From the NCBI GenBank assembly GCA_016874005.1, contig VGVQ01000021.1, positions 4,005-68,004 on the forward strand: 64,000 nt of DNA, given 5' to 3'. The notes under the pieces were generated by a model that was not told where the DNA came from, did no database searches, and worked only from the letters and a program-made list of their open reading frames with translations. The translations under genes and the position numbers were made by a program. This DNA is from Gemmatimonadota bacterium. Lineage in GTDB: Bacteria > Gemmatimonadota > Gemmatimonadetes > Gemmatimonadales > GWC2-71-9. Below are positions 49,530-58,731 of the stretch, one piece after another. How positions within the stretch are numbered: the stretch's first letter is position 1; each line of letters begins with the position of its first letter.

Positions 49530-50977
49530 CGGAGCCGTCCCAGCCCGAGCCGGGCCACGATGCGATCTCCGATGCACTGCCCCGTCCGCTTGCCCTCCAC
49601 CTTGTCCGAGTGGAAGTGAATGCCGCCGTAGATTCGCGACCAGCCCGCTTCGTCCGCGGCCTGATCGAACGACCGGTATGCCCGCGGCGGATGGCCGATG
49701 TTGAGCCCGGTGCTGTCGACGAACGCGACGGAATCGCCGAGTAACGCGCCCAGCACCTTCGAGGCCGCGCCCGATTGGGTCGAGTGGCCGGATGGATAGG
49801 CCGGGAACGGCGGGGTCGGCACCAGTGGCTCCCAAGCCGCATCGATCACCCGCCGGATGTAGGTCCGCGGCCGGAGCAAGTTGTATTGGTATTTGTAGCC
49901 CCAGGTGGCGATGAACGCGTCGGCCTGGGCCACGGCGGAGGCCACCAGGAGTCGGGCCGCGTCGTCCGCGGTAAGGCCAAGTTGGCCGACCAGCTGACTT
50001 CCGATCGCGAGCCAGTGACCCACCGGGGTACCCGTCTCGCCCGGGTTATCGGCCCAGTACAGCGCGGTTTGTTGCCGCTCGGGCGTCCCTCGTTTGCTTT
50101 CTTCGTAGACCTCCATCGCCTCTCGATGGAAGGCGGAGCCGGGTTGAGTGGAAAACGCCGGCGGCTCCGCGATGGGGCATTCGTCGAACCGAGAGAGCAC
50201 GAATGGACGCAACTGCCCCCAATAGGGCTCGGTGGCGCCGCTCGGGTCCATGACCGGGAGGCTGGTGTTGTCGCCGGGCTTGAGCCGGTTGAGAATCAGG
50301 GCCCGATCGCTCGCCGCGCCGGGTTTCAGCTCGCTGGTCGGGTTATTGAACGCCACGAAATCCGACGCCCCCGTCACCGTCTGCGAGGTGTAGATGGCCG
50401 AGGGCGAATCGTTGAGCCACATCGACGGGCCCTTGGGGGGAACGAAGGCCAAGCCGCGGGTCGAGTCGAACCCGTCGCCGTGCGACCAGGCAACGATCGC
50501 GAACCCGATCCGGGAGCCGAGCTCTCGCGACCGCGCTTGCACCTCCTGGGGAATCTTCGCCGCGAGGTGGGCTCGTTCCAGGGAATCGACCAGGTTCGCG
50601 ATGCTGGCCCTCGTGGTCGGAAGCGCCTCGACCAGGAGGGAATCCAACACCACCCGCTCCGCGGCGAGGGCAGCGAGGGTGCCATCGATTCGCTCCGCCG
50701 CCGTGGCGCGGGGCAGGCTGTCCAGTCCGTTGAGGCGGCCGGCGGTGGTGGGCAGGGTCGTCGAACCGGCCGCCAGTCCCTCGTAGAGGGCCACCGCGGC
50801 GTAACCCAGGACCCGCGAGGCCACCGGAGGGGTGAGTCGCTCGGCCCGGATGAGCCCGTAGTACGCCCGCATCCACTCGGCGACCATCTGGGGGTTCGCG
50901 GGCCGGGTGGGCGCCTGACAGGCCATTGAACCGAAGACCGCCGCGGCGGCCAAAACCGAGGTACGGAGATAGGGCAT
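49526..50977 (-). CDS. Vanadium-dependent haloperoxidase/PAP2 superfamily lipoprotein (copy 2)
   Basis: Start MPYLRTSVLAAAAVFGSMAC; KYQYNLLRP, PAYPSGHS, SRIYGGIHFHSD. Confidence 0.85.
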   Translation of the reverse strand: MPYLRTSVLAAAAVFGSMACQAPTRPANPQMVAEWMRAYYGLIRAERLTPPVASRVLGYAAVALYEGLAAGSTTLPTTAGRLNGLDSLPRATAAERIDGTLAALAAERVVLDSLLVEALPTTRASIANLVDSLERAHLAAKIPQEVQARSRELGSRIGFAIVAWSHGDGFDSTRGLAFVPPKGPSMWLNDSPSAIYTSQTVTGASDFVAFNNPTSELKPGAASDRALILNRLKPGDNTSLPVMDPSGATEPYWGQLRPFVLSRFDECPIAEPPAFSTQPGSAFHREAMEVYEESKRGTPERQQTALYWADNPGETGTPVGHWLAIGSQLVGQLGLTADDAARLLVASAVAQADAFIATWGYKYQYNLLRPRTYIRRVIDAAWEPLVPTPPFPAYPSGHSTQSGAASKVLGALLGDSVAFVDSTGLNIGHPPRAYRSFDQAADEAGWSRIYGGIHFHSDKVEGKRTGQCIGDRIVARLGLGRLR

Positions 50978-51147
50978 TGGGAGAAACACCGACGAGCAAA
51001 GGGACAGCCGGAATCTACTCAGGCCACTCACCCACAGCGAACCGGTCGGCCGGTCGGCGTCGAGCGGGTGAAGTCGGATCCCGTCGATCCAGACGCCTCG
51101 ATCGCGCCCGATACCGGCAACCCGGCGCAAGCGGGTAGATTCCCTTG

Positions 51148-54100
51148 GTGCCCGTCCGGTTCCCGTTCCTCGCCCTCTTGGCAGTCGCTGTCGGAAGTTG
51201 CTCCTCGACCCCGGCCGACGCCCCCCTCGTGTGGCAGGTTGGCCCCGGTTATCGCTGGCGCCCGGTGGATCCGGGAGATGGCAAGCCAGGATTCACTCGG
51301 CTCGACCCGTCGGCGACCGGGATCACCTTCGCCAATCAACTCAGCGACAGCGCGGCCCTGAGGAACCAAATCCTCGCCCAGGGTGGCGGGGTGGCGATGG
51401 CGGACATCGACGGCGACGGCCGAACCGACCTGTTCTTGGTCCGGACCGAGGGCCCGAGCGCCTTGTACCGGAACCTCGGCGGGTTTCGTTTCAGCGAGGT
51501 GGCGACGGACGCCGGCGTGGCATTGGGCGACCGGCCGGCGACCGGGGCGGCCTTCGCCGACGTCGACGGCGATGGCGATCAGGACCTCTTGGTCAACGCG
51601 CTAGGCGGCCCCAACGCCTTGTTTCTCAACGACGGGCGGGGTCGGTTCACCGAGGACAGTAGCTACCCCGGGCGGCGCTCCCAGGCGGGAACCACCACCA
51701 GCACCCTGGCCGACATCGACGGTGACGGCGACCTCGACCTCTACCAGGCCAACGACAAGGCCTACAATGCCAAGGATCTCTTCACCCCGCAGGAACTGGC
51801 TTTCGACCAAGCCGTTCGGCAGACCGGACCGCGTCAATTCGAGGTCGTCGAGCGACTCCGGAAGGACTATCGGGTCGACCTCCGTGACGACATCGGTGGG
51901 GTGGTCCTGGTCCAACGAGCCGACCCCGACTCGCTCTACCTGAACGACGGCCGGGGCCGGTTCACCGCCGTGCCGATCGCCAACTCGGCGCGCTTTCTCG
52001 ACGAAGCTGGCCGACCCTTCACCACGCCGCCCGACAATTTCACCCTGGTGGCCCGGTTCTACGACCTCGACGGCGATGGCGACCCGGACCTCTACGTCGC
52101 CAACGACTTCGAGGACCCTGATCAACTCTGGCTCAACGACGGGCGAGGCAACTTCCAGCTCGCCCCCAAACTGGCCCAACGGAACACCAGCAACGCCGCC
52201 ATGGCCGTCGACATGGCCGACGTCGACCGCGACGGCGCCACCGACCTGTTCGCGGTGGACATGCTGAGCCGCGACAGCCGCCAGCTCAAGACCCAGATCC
52301 CCACCCACACCCCATTGCCGAAGCGTCCGGGCGTCATCGACGACCGGCCCCAGCTCCAACGGAACACCCTCTTCCTGAGCCGGGGCGATGGCAGCTACGC
52401 CCAGGTCGCCGAACACGCCGGAGTCGACGCGAGCGGCTGGTCGTGGTCGACGATGTTCCTCGACGTCGACCTCGACGGTTACGAAGACCTTCTGATCGGA
52501 ACCGGGAACCGGTGGGACTTCATGGATGCCGACACCCAGGAGCGGTATCGTAACCGATTGTCGGACCTGGATTCGCGGCAGCAGCGGATGACCTTGCCCC
52601 GTCTCGAAGTGCCTAACTACGCCTTTCGCAACCGGGGTGACCTCACCTTCGAAGACCTCAGCGAGGCTTGGGGTTTCTCGGCCGGCCCCGACCTGAGCCA
52701 CGGCATGGCCGCGGGCGACCTGGACGGCGACGGCGACCTCGATGTCGTCGTCAACCGCCTCGGCGCGCCAGCGCTGGTGCTGCGCAACGACGGTGGGGCG
52801 GGCCGGATCATGATCCAGCTGGCCGGCGAGGCGCCGAACACCGCGGGTATCGGGGCTCGAGTCACCGTGACCGGCGGCCCGGTGCCATCCCAGAGCCGCG
52901 AGGTGACCGCGGGCGGAATGTACTTATCCCATTCCGATCCGGGCCTCACCTTCGCGACCGGCTCGGCAAGCACGGTCGCCGTCGAGGTGCGCTGGCGGGA
53001 CGGCAGGGTCTCGACGATCGCCGACGCCGTGCCGAATCGGATCTACCAGATCGACCAGGCGAACGCGACCCGCCGCCCCTCGGTGTCAGTCGGCAAGGCG
53101 CCGGCACCGCTCTTCGCCGATCGGACCGCCGAGCTGGGCCATTCCCACCTGGAGACCTCGGTGGCGCCTCGGCAGCCGCTGCTGCCCCACTCCTTCTCCG
53201 AGCTGGGGCCTGGGGTGAGCTGGCTCGACCTCGACTCCGACGGCGACGACGACCTGATCATCGGGACTGGGAGCGGCGACCGGCTGGCCGGGTATCGCAA
53301 CGATCGCGGCAGGCTCATCCCGTTCGACCTCGGACTGCCTCCAGCTGACGCGGATCTCACCAGCATCCTCGCCGTCCCCGACGGACGGGGCGGGCTCCGC
53401 CTCCTCGTCGCCCAAAGCAATTACGAGAGCGACTCGCTGGCGACCTCAGTCGCCTTGCCCTCCGTGCTGGGGGTTCCGCTCGACCGGACTGGCCGTCGTG
53501 CCGGGCCCATCGAGGCCGCCATTCCCGGCGACACCGCCACCGTCGGCCCGCTGGCCTTGGCCGACTACGACGGCGACGGCGACCTCGACCTGTTCGTCGG
53601 TGGCCGGGTGATTCCGGGCGGCTACCCGCTGTCGCCGTCGAGTCGCCTGTTCACCAACGACGGCACCGGACGCTTCTCCTTGGATTTGGCCAACAGCGCC
53701 GTCCTTCGAAGCACCGGCATGGTCAGCGCCGCCCTGTTCGCCGACCTCGACGGCGACCGCGACCCCGATCTCGCCTACACCACCGACTGGGGCCCACTCA
53801 AGGTGCTCATCAACACCGGGGGCCGGTTCGCCGCCGCGACCGAGACGTTAGGCTTCACCTCCCGGTTCGGCCGCTGGTGGGGTCTGGCGTCGGGCGACTT
53901 CGATGGCGACGACCGGATCGACCTGGTGGTCACCGGCTTCGGGACCAACGTCCGACCTCGGGCCGACTCGACGTTACCCCTCTACCTCTACTTCGGTGCC
54001 GTCGATGACGACGGCGGCCTCGACCTGCTGCTGGCCCAACACGACCCCCGGCTCGGTGCCATCGCGCCGCTGGAGAGTTACGCGACCCTGAGCCGCGCCA

Positions 54101-54855
54101 TCCCCTCGTTGGCCCAGCGGGTCCGAACCTTCGCCGGATATGCCGACCTCACCATCGACCAGCTGGTGGGCGACCGCCGAGACCGGGTCCTCCGCCTCGG
54201 CGCCAACACCTCCGAACACCTGATCTGGCTCAACAGGGGCCAGCGGTTCGAGCCCCGGCCGCTCCCCCGCGATGCCCAATTGGCCCCGGCGTTGGGACCG
54301 GTCGTCGGTGACTTCAACGGGGACGGCCACGAGGATCTGGCGCTGAGCCAGAACTTCTTTCCCACCCCGCTCAACGCCGCCCGACTGGACGCCGGCCGGT
54401 CCTTGCTCTTGTTCGGCAACGGCTCCGGGGGATTCGAGGCCCAACCGGGCCAGCGGTCGGGAATCGTGGTCTACGGCGACGGGCGGGGCGCCGCCACTGC
54501 CGATGTCGACCTCGACGGCCGCGCCGACCTGGCGATCGCTCAGAACGGCACCGCAACCCGCCTCTACACGAATCAGGCGGCCGCCCAGGGCATCCGAGTC
54601 CGACTGGTCGGGCCTGGCAACAATCCCTGGGCGATCGGGGCCCAGATTCGCGCCAGGGCCGGAACGACAGCCACGCCGTGGCGAGAGATCCAGGCAGGTA
54701 CCGGCTATTGGTCGGTCTCGAGCGCATCCCCCGTCATCGCCCGGCCGGCCGGCGGGCCAACCACCATCGAAGTCCGGTGGCCCGACGGTCGAGTCACCAC
54801 CCACGCGGCGGCCGCCGGCCAGACCCGGTTGGATCTCGCCTGGCCGGTCCGTTGA
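51148..54855 (+). CDS. FG-GAP/VCBS repeat plus ASPIC-UnbV (CRTAC1-like) lipoprotein (copy B)
   Basis: LLAVAVGSC lipobox; DxDGDG repeats; GGMYLSHS and GTGYWSVS UnbV-type segments; collinear with copy A. GTG 51148 is preferred over TTG 51145. Confidence 0.85.
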   Translation: MPVRFPFLALLAVAVGSCSSTPADAPLVWQVGPGYRWRPVDPGDGKPGFTRLDPSATGITFANQLSDSAALRNQILAQGGGVAMADIDGDGRTDLFLVRTEGPSALYRNLGGFRFSEVATDAGVALGDRPATGAAFADVDGDGDQDLLVNALGGPNALFLNDGRGRFTEDSSYPGRRSQAGTTTSTLADIDGDGDLDLYQANDKAYNAKDLFTPQELAFDQAVRQTGPRQFEVVERLRKDYRVDLRDDIGGVVLVQRADPDSLYLNDGRGRFTAVPIANSARFLDEAGRPFTTPPDNFTLVARFYDLDGDGDPDLYVANDFEDPDQLWLNDGRGNFQLAPKLAQRNTSNAAMAVDMADVDRDGATDLFAVDMLSRDSRQLKTQIPTHTPLPKRPGVIDDRPQLQRNTLFLSRGDGSYAQVAEHAGVDASGWSWSTMFLDVDLDGYEDLLIGTGNRWDFMDADTQERYRNRLSDLDSRQQRMTLPRLEVPNYAFRNRGDLTFEDLSEAWGFSAGPDLSHGMAAGDLDGDGDLDVVVNRLGAPALVLRNDGGAGRIMIQLAGEAPNTAGIGARVTVTGGPVPSQSREVTAGGMYLSHSDPGLTFATGSASTVAVEVRWRDGRVSTIADAVPNRIYQIDQANATRRPSVSVGKAPAPLFADRTAELGHSHLETSVAPRQPLLPHSFSELGPGVSWLDLDSDGDDDLIIGTGSGDRLAGYRNDRGRLIPFDLGLPPADADLTSILAVPDGRGGLRLLVAQSNYESDSLATSVALPSVLGVPLDRTGRRAGPIEAAIPGDTATVGPLALADYDGDGDLDLFVGGRVIPGGYPLSPSSRLFTNDGTGRFSLDLANSAVLRSTGMVSAALFADLDGDRDPDLAYTTDWGPLKVLINTGGRFAAATETLGFTSRFGRWWGLASGDFDGDDRIDLVVTGFGTNVRPRADSTLPLYLYFGAVDDDGGLDLLLAQHDPRLGAIAPLESYATLSRAIPSLAQRVRTFAGYADLTIDQLVGDRRDRVLRLGANTSEHLIWLNRGQRFEPRPLPRDAQLAPALGPVVGDFNGDGHEDLALSQNFFPTPLNAARLDAGRSLLLFGNGSGGFEAQPGQRSGIVVYGDGRGAATADVDLDGRADLAIAQNGTATRLYTNQAAAQGIRVRLVGPGNNPWAIGAQIRARAGTTATPWREIQAGTGYWSVSSASPVIARPAGGPTTIEVRWPDGRVTTHAAAAGQTRLDLAWPVR

Positions 54856-54886
54856 CAACCGCCGGGCCCGAGCCGTAATTGTGGCT

Positions 54887-55045
54887 ATGCTGCTCTACTT
54901 CGCCCCCGAAACCGTGCTCCCGATCGCCTCTGCTGCCGCCGCGGCGATTGGCGGGTTCCTGCTGTTCTTCCGCCGTGGGGCAACCGCAACCAAGGCCGTT
55001 TTCGATCGCCTGTTCCGTCGCGGCCGCGGCTCCGACCGGAACTAG
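54887..55045 (+). CDS. Small (52 aa) single-TM protein
   Basis: MLLYFAPETVLPIASAAAAAIGGFLLFFRR...; hydrophobic core then basic tail; TTGACA at 54852. Confidence 0.6.
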   Translation: MLLYFAPETVLPIASAAAAAIGGFLLFFRRGATATKAVFDRLFRRGRGSDRN

Positions 55046-55063
55046 CCCTCCTCCAGGCGACCC

Positions 55064-56872
55064 GTGCGCCTCGGATCGACCGTTCGTTCGCTGATCCTGG
55101 CTCTGGGAGCCGGCCTCGCCATCGGGGCCGCCGAAGTGTTGCTGGTCCAGGTGGCCCTTCGCGGTGGCGTCAACGTCCGCTTGAGCGCCGACTACGTCTG
55201 GATGGCGCCGCTCGCCAACGTGGTCGTGGCGGTGGGCCTGGTGGCCGGGCTGCTGCTCGCGGCCAGGTTCAAGACCGGCTGGGATCCCGCTGGGGCGATC
55301 GTCGCGACGCTCACGGCGCTCGGCATCACCTCCATCGCCTTCTACTACGAATCGCTCCACAAGGCGGCGGTCCTCCTCCTGGCCGCCGGCCTCGGGTCGC
55401 AAGCCGCCCGCCTGGCCCGGGTCCCAGCCCTTCGCCGCTGGTTCGCCCTGGTGCCGGTGACCACGGTCGCTCTGGCGGGGTGGATTGGGATCACCTCGGC
55501 CCGGCTCGTCGGATCCACGGCTCGGCAGGAGGCAACCACGATCGCCGGGCTGCCCAGCCCGCCGGCGGGAGCCCCCAACGTCCTGCTGCTGGTGCTCGAC
55601 ACGGTTAGGCGCCTGAGGTCGTACTCCGGCCTCGACTCGTCGGCGGCGACACCGGCCTTGGACGCGTTCGCGGCGCGAGGGACCTCGTTCGACCTCGCCA
55701 TCGCGCCGGCGCCATGGACGCTGCCGTCCCACGCCAGCTTCTTCACCGGCCGGTTGCCGATCGAGTTGTCGACGAGCCTGTCTGACCCACTCGACGATCG
55801 TTACCCCACCCTGGCCGAATTTCTCGCCGCCCGGGGATACCTGACGGCCGGATTCGTGGGGAACTTGAGTTTCGCGACCCGCTCGAGCGGCCTCGCTCGG
55901 GGCTTCGCGTACTACCGCGACTACGACCGGTCGGTTGGTCAAATCGCCCTCAGCTCGAGCCTCGGACGCGCGGTGCTGGGAGCGGGCTGGATCCGACGGA
56001 CGCTCGGTAATCACGAACTGGCCAATCGCCGCCATGCCCGCGACGTGGTCAGCGAGTTCCTGGCCTGGCATGACGGACATCGGCACCGGCCTTTTTTCGC
56101 TTTCCTCAACCTCTTCGACGGGCACGAACCGTACTTTCCCGAGGGCCGGTCCGGATCGAGCCTGTGGCCGGGGGCCCGCTGGACGAACTACGAGCACGTG
56201 GTGGGCCTCGAGGCCGGCGCCAACGCGGAGGTCGCCGACAAACGGAGCCTGACAGCCGACCAGGCCGCCATTCACGAGCAGGCGTACCTTCGAGCGGCGG
56301 CGACGGCCGCGAGCGAGGCGGCCGCGATGCTCGGTGAATTGGAACGCCGAGGGGCGCTCGACAATACCATTGTGGTGATTGTATCGGACCACGGCGAACA
56401 GACCGGCCAGCACCGGCTCTTCGGGCACCTCAACAGCCTCTACCTCCCGGCGGTGCACGTGCCCCTCGCGATCGTGGGGCCCAACGTCGGTCGCGGCGTG
56501 CGGGTCCGGCACGCCGTCGGTCTCAACGATTTGCCGGTCACTATCGCCCAGTTGGCCGGGGCGCTCGACTCACCGTTCCCGGGGCGATCACTCCTCGACA
56601 CCACCGAGGCCAACCGGGTGCCGGTCGTTTCGATGCTCGAGGGCGGCTATCAAAAGCAGGCGGGCTACCCAATTGGCCAAGGGCGGGAGATGTTCGCGCT
56701 GACCACCACCGGTCACCGATACATCCGCAACGCGGACGGATCGGAAGAGCTGTTCGACCTGCGCGATGGCGTTGCTGAAGCCAGCAATCGCGCAAGCGCC
56801 CCCGGCTACGCCGCTATTCTCGCGGCCCTCCGGCTCCAATTGGATTCGATTATCCGCTCGAGTCGGCCATAG
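55064..56872 (+). CDS. Membrane-anchored sulfatase-like (AlkP superfamily) hydrolase or transferase
   Basis: N-terminal TM helices, then LLVLDTVR, APWTLPSHASFFTG, VSDHGE and HVPL motifs. Confidence 0.8.
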   Translation: MRLGSTVRSLILALGAGLAIGAAEVLLVQVALRGGVNVRLSADYVWMAPLANVVVAVGLVAGLLLAARFKTGWDPAGAIVATLTALGITSIAFYYESLHKAAVLLLAAGLGSQAARLARVPALRRWFALVPVTTVALAGWIGITSARLVGSTARQEATTIAGLPSPPAGAPNVLLLVLDTVRRLRSYSGLDSSAATPALDAFAARGTSFDLAIAPAPWTLPSHASFFTGRLPIELSTSLSDPLDDRYPTLAEFLAARGYLTAGFVGNLSFATRSSGLARGFAYYRDYDRSVGQIALSSSLGRAVLGAGWIRRTLGNHELANRRHARDVVSEFLAWHDGHRHRPFFAFLNLFDGHEPYFPEGRSGSSLWPGARWTNYEHVVGLEAGANAEVADKRSLTADQAAIHEQAYLRAAATAASEAAAMLGELERRGALDNTIVVIVSDHGEQTGQHRLFGHLNSLYLPAVHVPLAIVGPNVGRGVRVRHAVGLNDLPVTIAQLAGALDSPFPGRSLLDTTEANRVPVVSMLEGGYQKQAGYPIGQGREMFALTTTGHRYIRNADGSEELFDLRDGVAEASNRASAPGYAAILAALRLQLDSIIRSSRP

Positions 56873-56920
56873 CGTCAAGGTGGCCAGGCCCGGCCAATCC
56901 CTGGGTTAGGAGCAAACGAA

Positions 56921-56948
56921 AAGGGCGGGCCGCGAACGGCCCGCCCTT
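56921..56948 (-). terminator. Intrinsic terminator after susD
   Basis: Perfect 12-bp stem AAGGGCGGGCCG, TTCG loop (minus strand), followed by TTCGTTT. Confidence 0.8.
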
Positions 56949-56962
56949 CCCGCTGCCTGCTG

Positions 56963-56992
56963 CTACCGGCGCCTACCGGCGCCTACCGGCGC
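56963..56992. repeat. 10-bp tandem repeat, 3 copies, containing the susD stop codon
   Basis: CTACCGGCGC at 56963, 56973 and 56983. Confidence 0.9.
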
Positions 56993-58704
56993 CGACGGCT
57001 GGTCTGCTTCTGCTGCTTTTCAATCTCCGCCCAGATTTCCCGGACGTTCTTCACGTTGCCAACGAGTGGATTGACCGATGGCGCGGCGCCGCCTGGATTG
57101 GTCGGCCCACCGAACGAGTAGATCTCGGCCCGGAGCAATTGGAGGTCCTTGGCCGGAACCGGCATCTGACGCGGAGTGTCCGGCCACATGCGGTTGTACG
57201 CCTCCGGCAACACGACTTGCGCCGAGGAGGTGTAACGCCGACGGTTGAAGTACGGAGCCGGCGCGGTCTCGTACAGGCCAACTTCCTGCTCATAGATGAG
57301 CGCGCGCAGCAAGGCTTGGGTGCCCTCGCCGCCGGTCAAGGCGGGGAGGCCGCCTTTTCCGACTCGACTGTTGTTGATCTTTTCCGCCGCAAGGGTGGCC
57401 GAGCCGTTGGTGCGGAGCAGGGCCTCCGCCCACAACAGGTCGTTGAAGACCTTCGAGTACACCGGAATCGGTCCTTCGCCGGTGGGGCAGTCGTCGTAGT
57501 ACGCCGAGAGACAGTGCTCGCGAACGTAGCCCATATTGCTCTGGTGGAACGAGCCGCGGCCCGGGATGAAGATTGCCAGGGGCGACCAAGCGAAATCGGT
57601 CCCCGAGTTCGGGGTTGCTTTGCAGCCGCCGTTTCCGAGGTAATCGTCTTCTGGACCGAAGCATCCGTCACCGACCCGCCGATCGAGGCCGTAGATACCG
57701 GCGTTAGGCTGCGGGTTCCCGTTGCCGCCGGGCCAGGGGTCAATCTGGTTGGTGGCGAAAAGGCGAGCCACCCGAGTATCGACCCGGACCGTCGTGTAGT
57801 CGTTTGCCCAGCGGTGATAGCCAGTGAAGAAATCGCCGTTCTGATCTTGGTACGCCTCGAAGTTGAACGCCGGCGCGTTGACCGCCGAACTGACGCCTTG
57901 GGAGGCGTAGGTCAGCACCTGTCCCCAATTGACCTGAGCGTTTTCTTCCGAGTTGCGCGGATAGTGCGCCAACAACTCGGCCTGCATGGTCCGGATTGCC
58001 TTGGCCAACTGCTTACTGGTGTAGACCGGGCCGGTTGGTACCCCGAACCAGGTCGCGCCGGTGCTGAAGGTCTTGGTATTCGCCAGCGTGTAGGCGGCCT
58101 CGAGCATCGTCATGGCCGCATCACGGATCGCCCCGCGGGGCTGCAATTGCAACGCGAGGACGTCGGTGTCTTCCTTGACCACGAAGCCCTGGTCGTAATT
58201 GAGCGCGATGAACGCGTGGGCAATACCCTGCGCCATCTGCGAGATCGTCTCGACCGCGTCCTTCTGGGCGCCCAGATCGGGCGGACTCGACGACTTACGG
58301 ATGGCGAAGAGGGCGTCGTTCGCGGACGACAGCAGGGAGTACATGCCGTACCAGTAGGGCTCGACCTGCTGGCCCAACTGGGTCGAGGTGCTGTTCACCC
58401 AGGCGCAGCGATTGGCGCAGTCGACGCCGTAGGACGAATAGTACCGTGAGTTGAAGTTGTTCCACGAGAACGACGTGTGGTCCGCCATGGCCGCGAGCGT
58501 GAGCGACGGGCTATAGGCGTACTTGGTGTTCATCCACGTCTTCATGGTGCCCGCCGCCGACGCGACGATCGTGGCGGGGTCGGAGAAGGCGCGCTCGCGT
58601 TCCGGCGCGTTCGGGTTGGTGACGTCGAGTTCACCGCAGGCGGCGAGTGGCCCGAGCAGGGCCACCGCCGCGAGGGCGAACCATCGGTTGGTCTTTCGAG
58701 TCAT
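56983..58704 (-). CDS. susD: SusD/RagB-like surface lipoprotein
   Basis: Start MTRKTNRWFALAAVALLGPLAAC.ELDVTNPN; LLWAEALLR, INNSRVGKGGL and QMPVP SusD-like C-terminal motifs; directly after susC. Confidence 0.75.
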   Translation of the reverse strand: MTRKTNRWFALAAVALLGPLAACGELDVTNPNAPERERAFSDPATIVASAAGTMKTWMNTKYAYSPSLTLAAMADHTSFSWNNFNSRYYSSYGVDCANRCAWVNSTSTQLGQQVEPYWYGMYSLLSSANDALFAIRKSSSPPDLGAQKDAVETISQMAQGIAHAFIALNYDQGFVVKEDTDVLALQLQPRGAIRDAAMTMLEAAYTLANTKTFSTGATWFGVPTGPVYTSKQLAKAIRTMQAELLAHYPRNSEENAQVNWGQVLTYASQGVSSAVNAPAFNFEAYQDQNGDFFTGYHRWANDYTTVRVDTRVARLFATNQIDPWPGGNGNPQPNAGIYGLDRRVGDGCFGPEDDYLGNGGCKATPNSGTDFAWSPLAIFIPGRGSFHQSNMGYVREHCLSAYYDDCPTGEGPIPVYSKVFNDLLWAEALLRTNGSATLAAEKINNSRVGKGGLPALTGGEGTQALLRALIYEQEVGLYETAPAPYFNRRRYTSSAQVVLPEAYNRMWPDTPRQMPVPAKDLQLLRAEIYSFGGPTNPGGAAPSVNPLVGNVKNVREIWAEIEKQQKQTSRRRR

Positions 58705-58731
58705 TGGCTCTCCATTCGTTCGGAATCGCAT

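Noticed and set aside
45843-54855. UnbV domains as an enediyne cluster
   Set aside because: No PKSE, thioesterase or other biosynthetic genes in the window.
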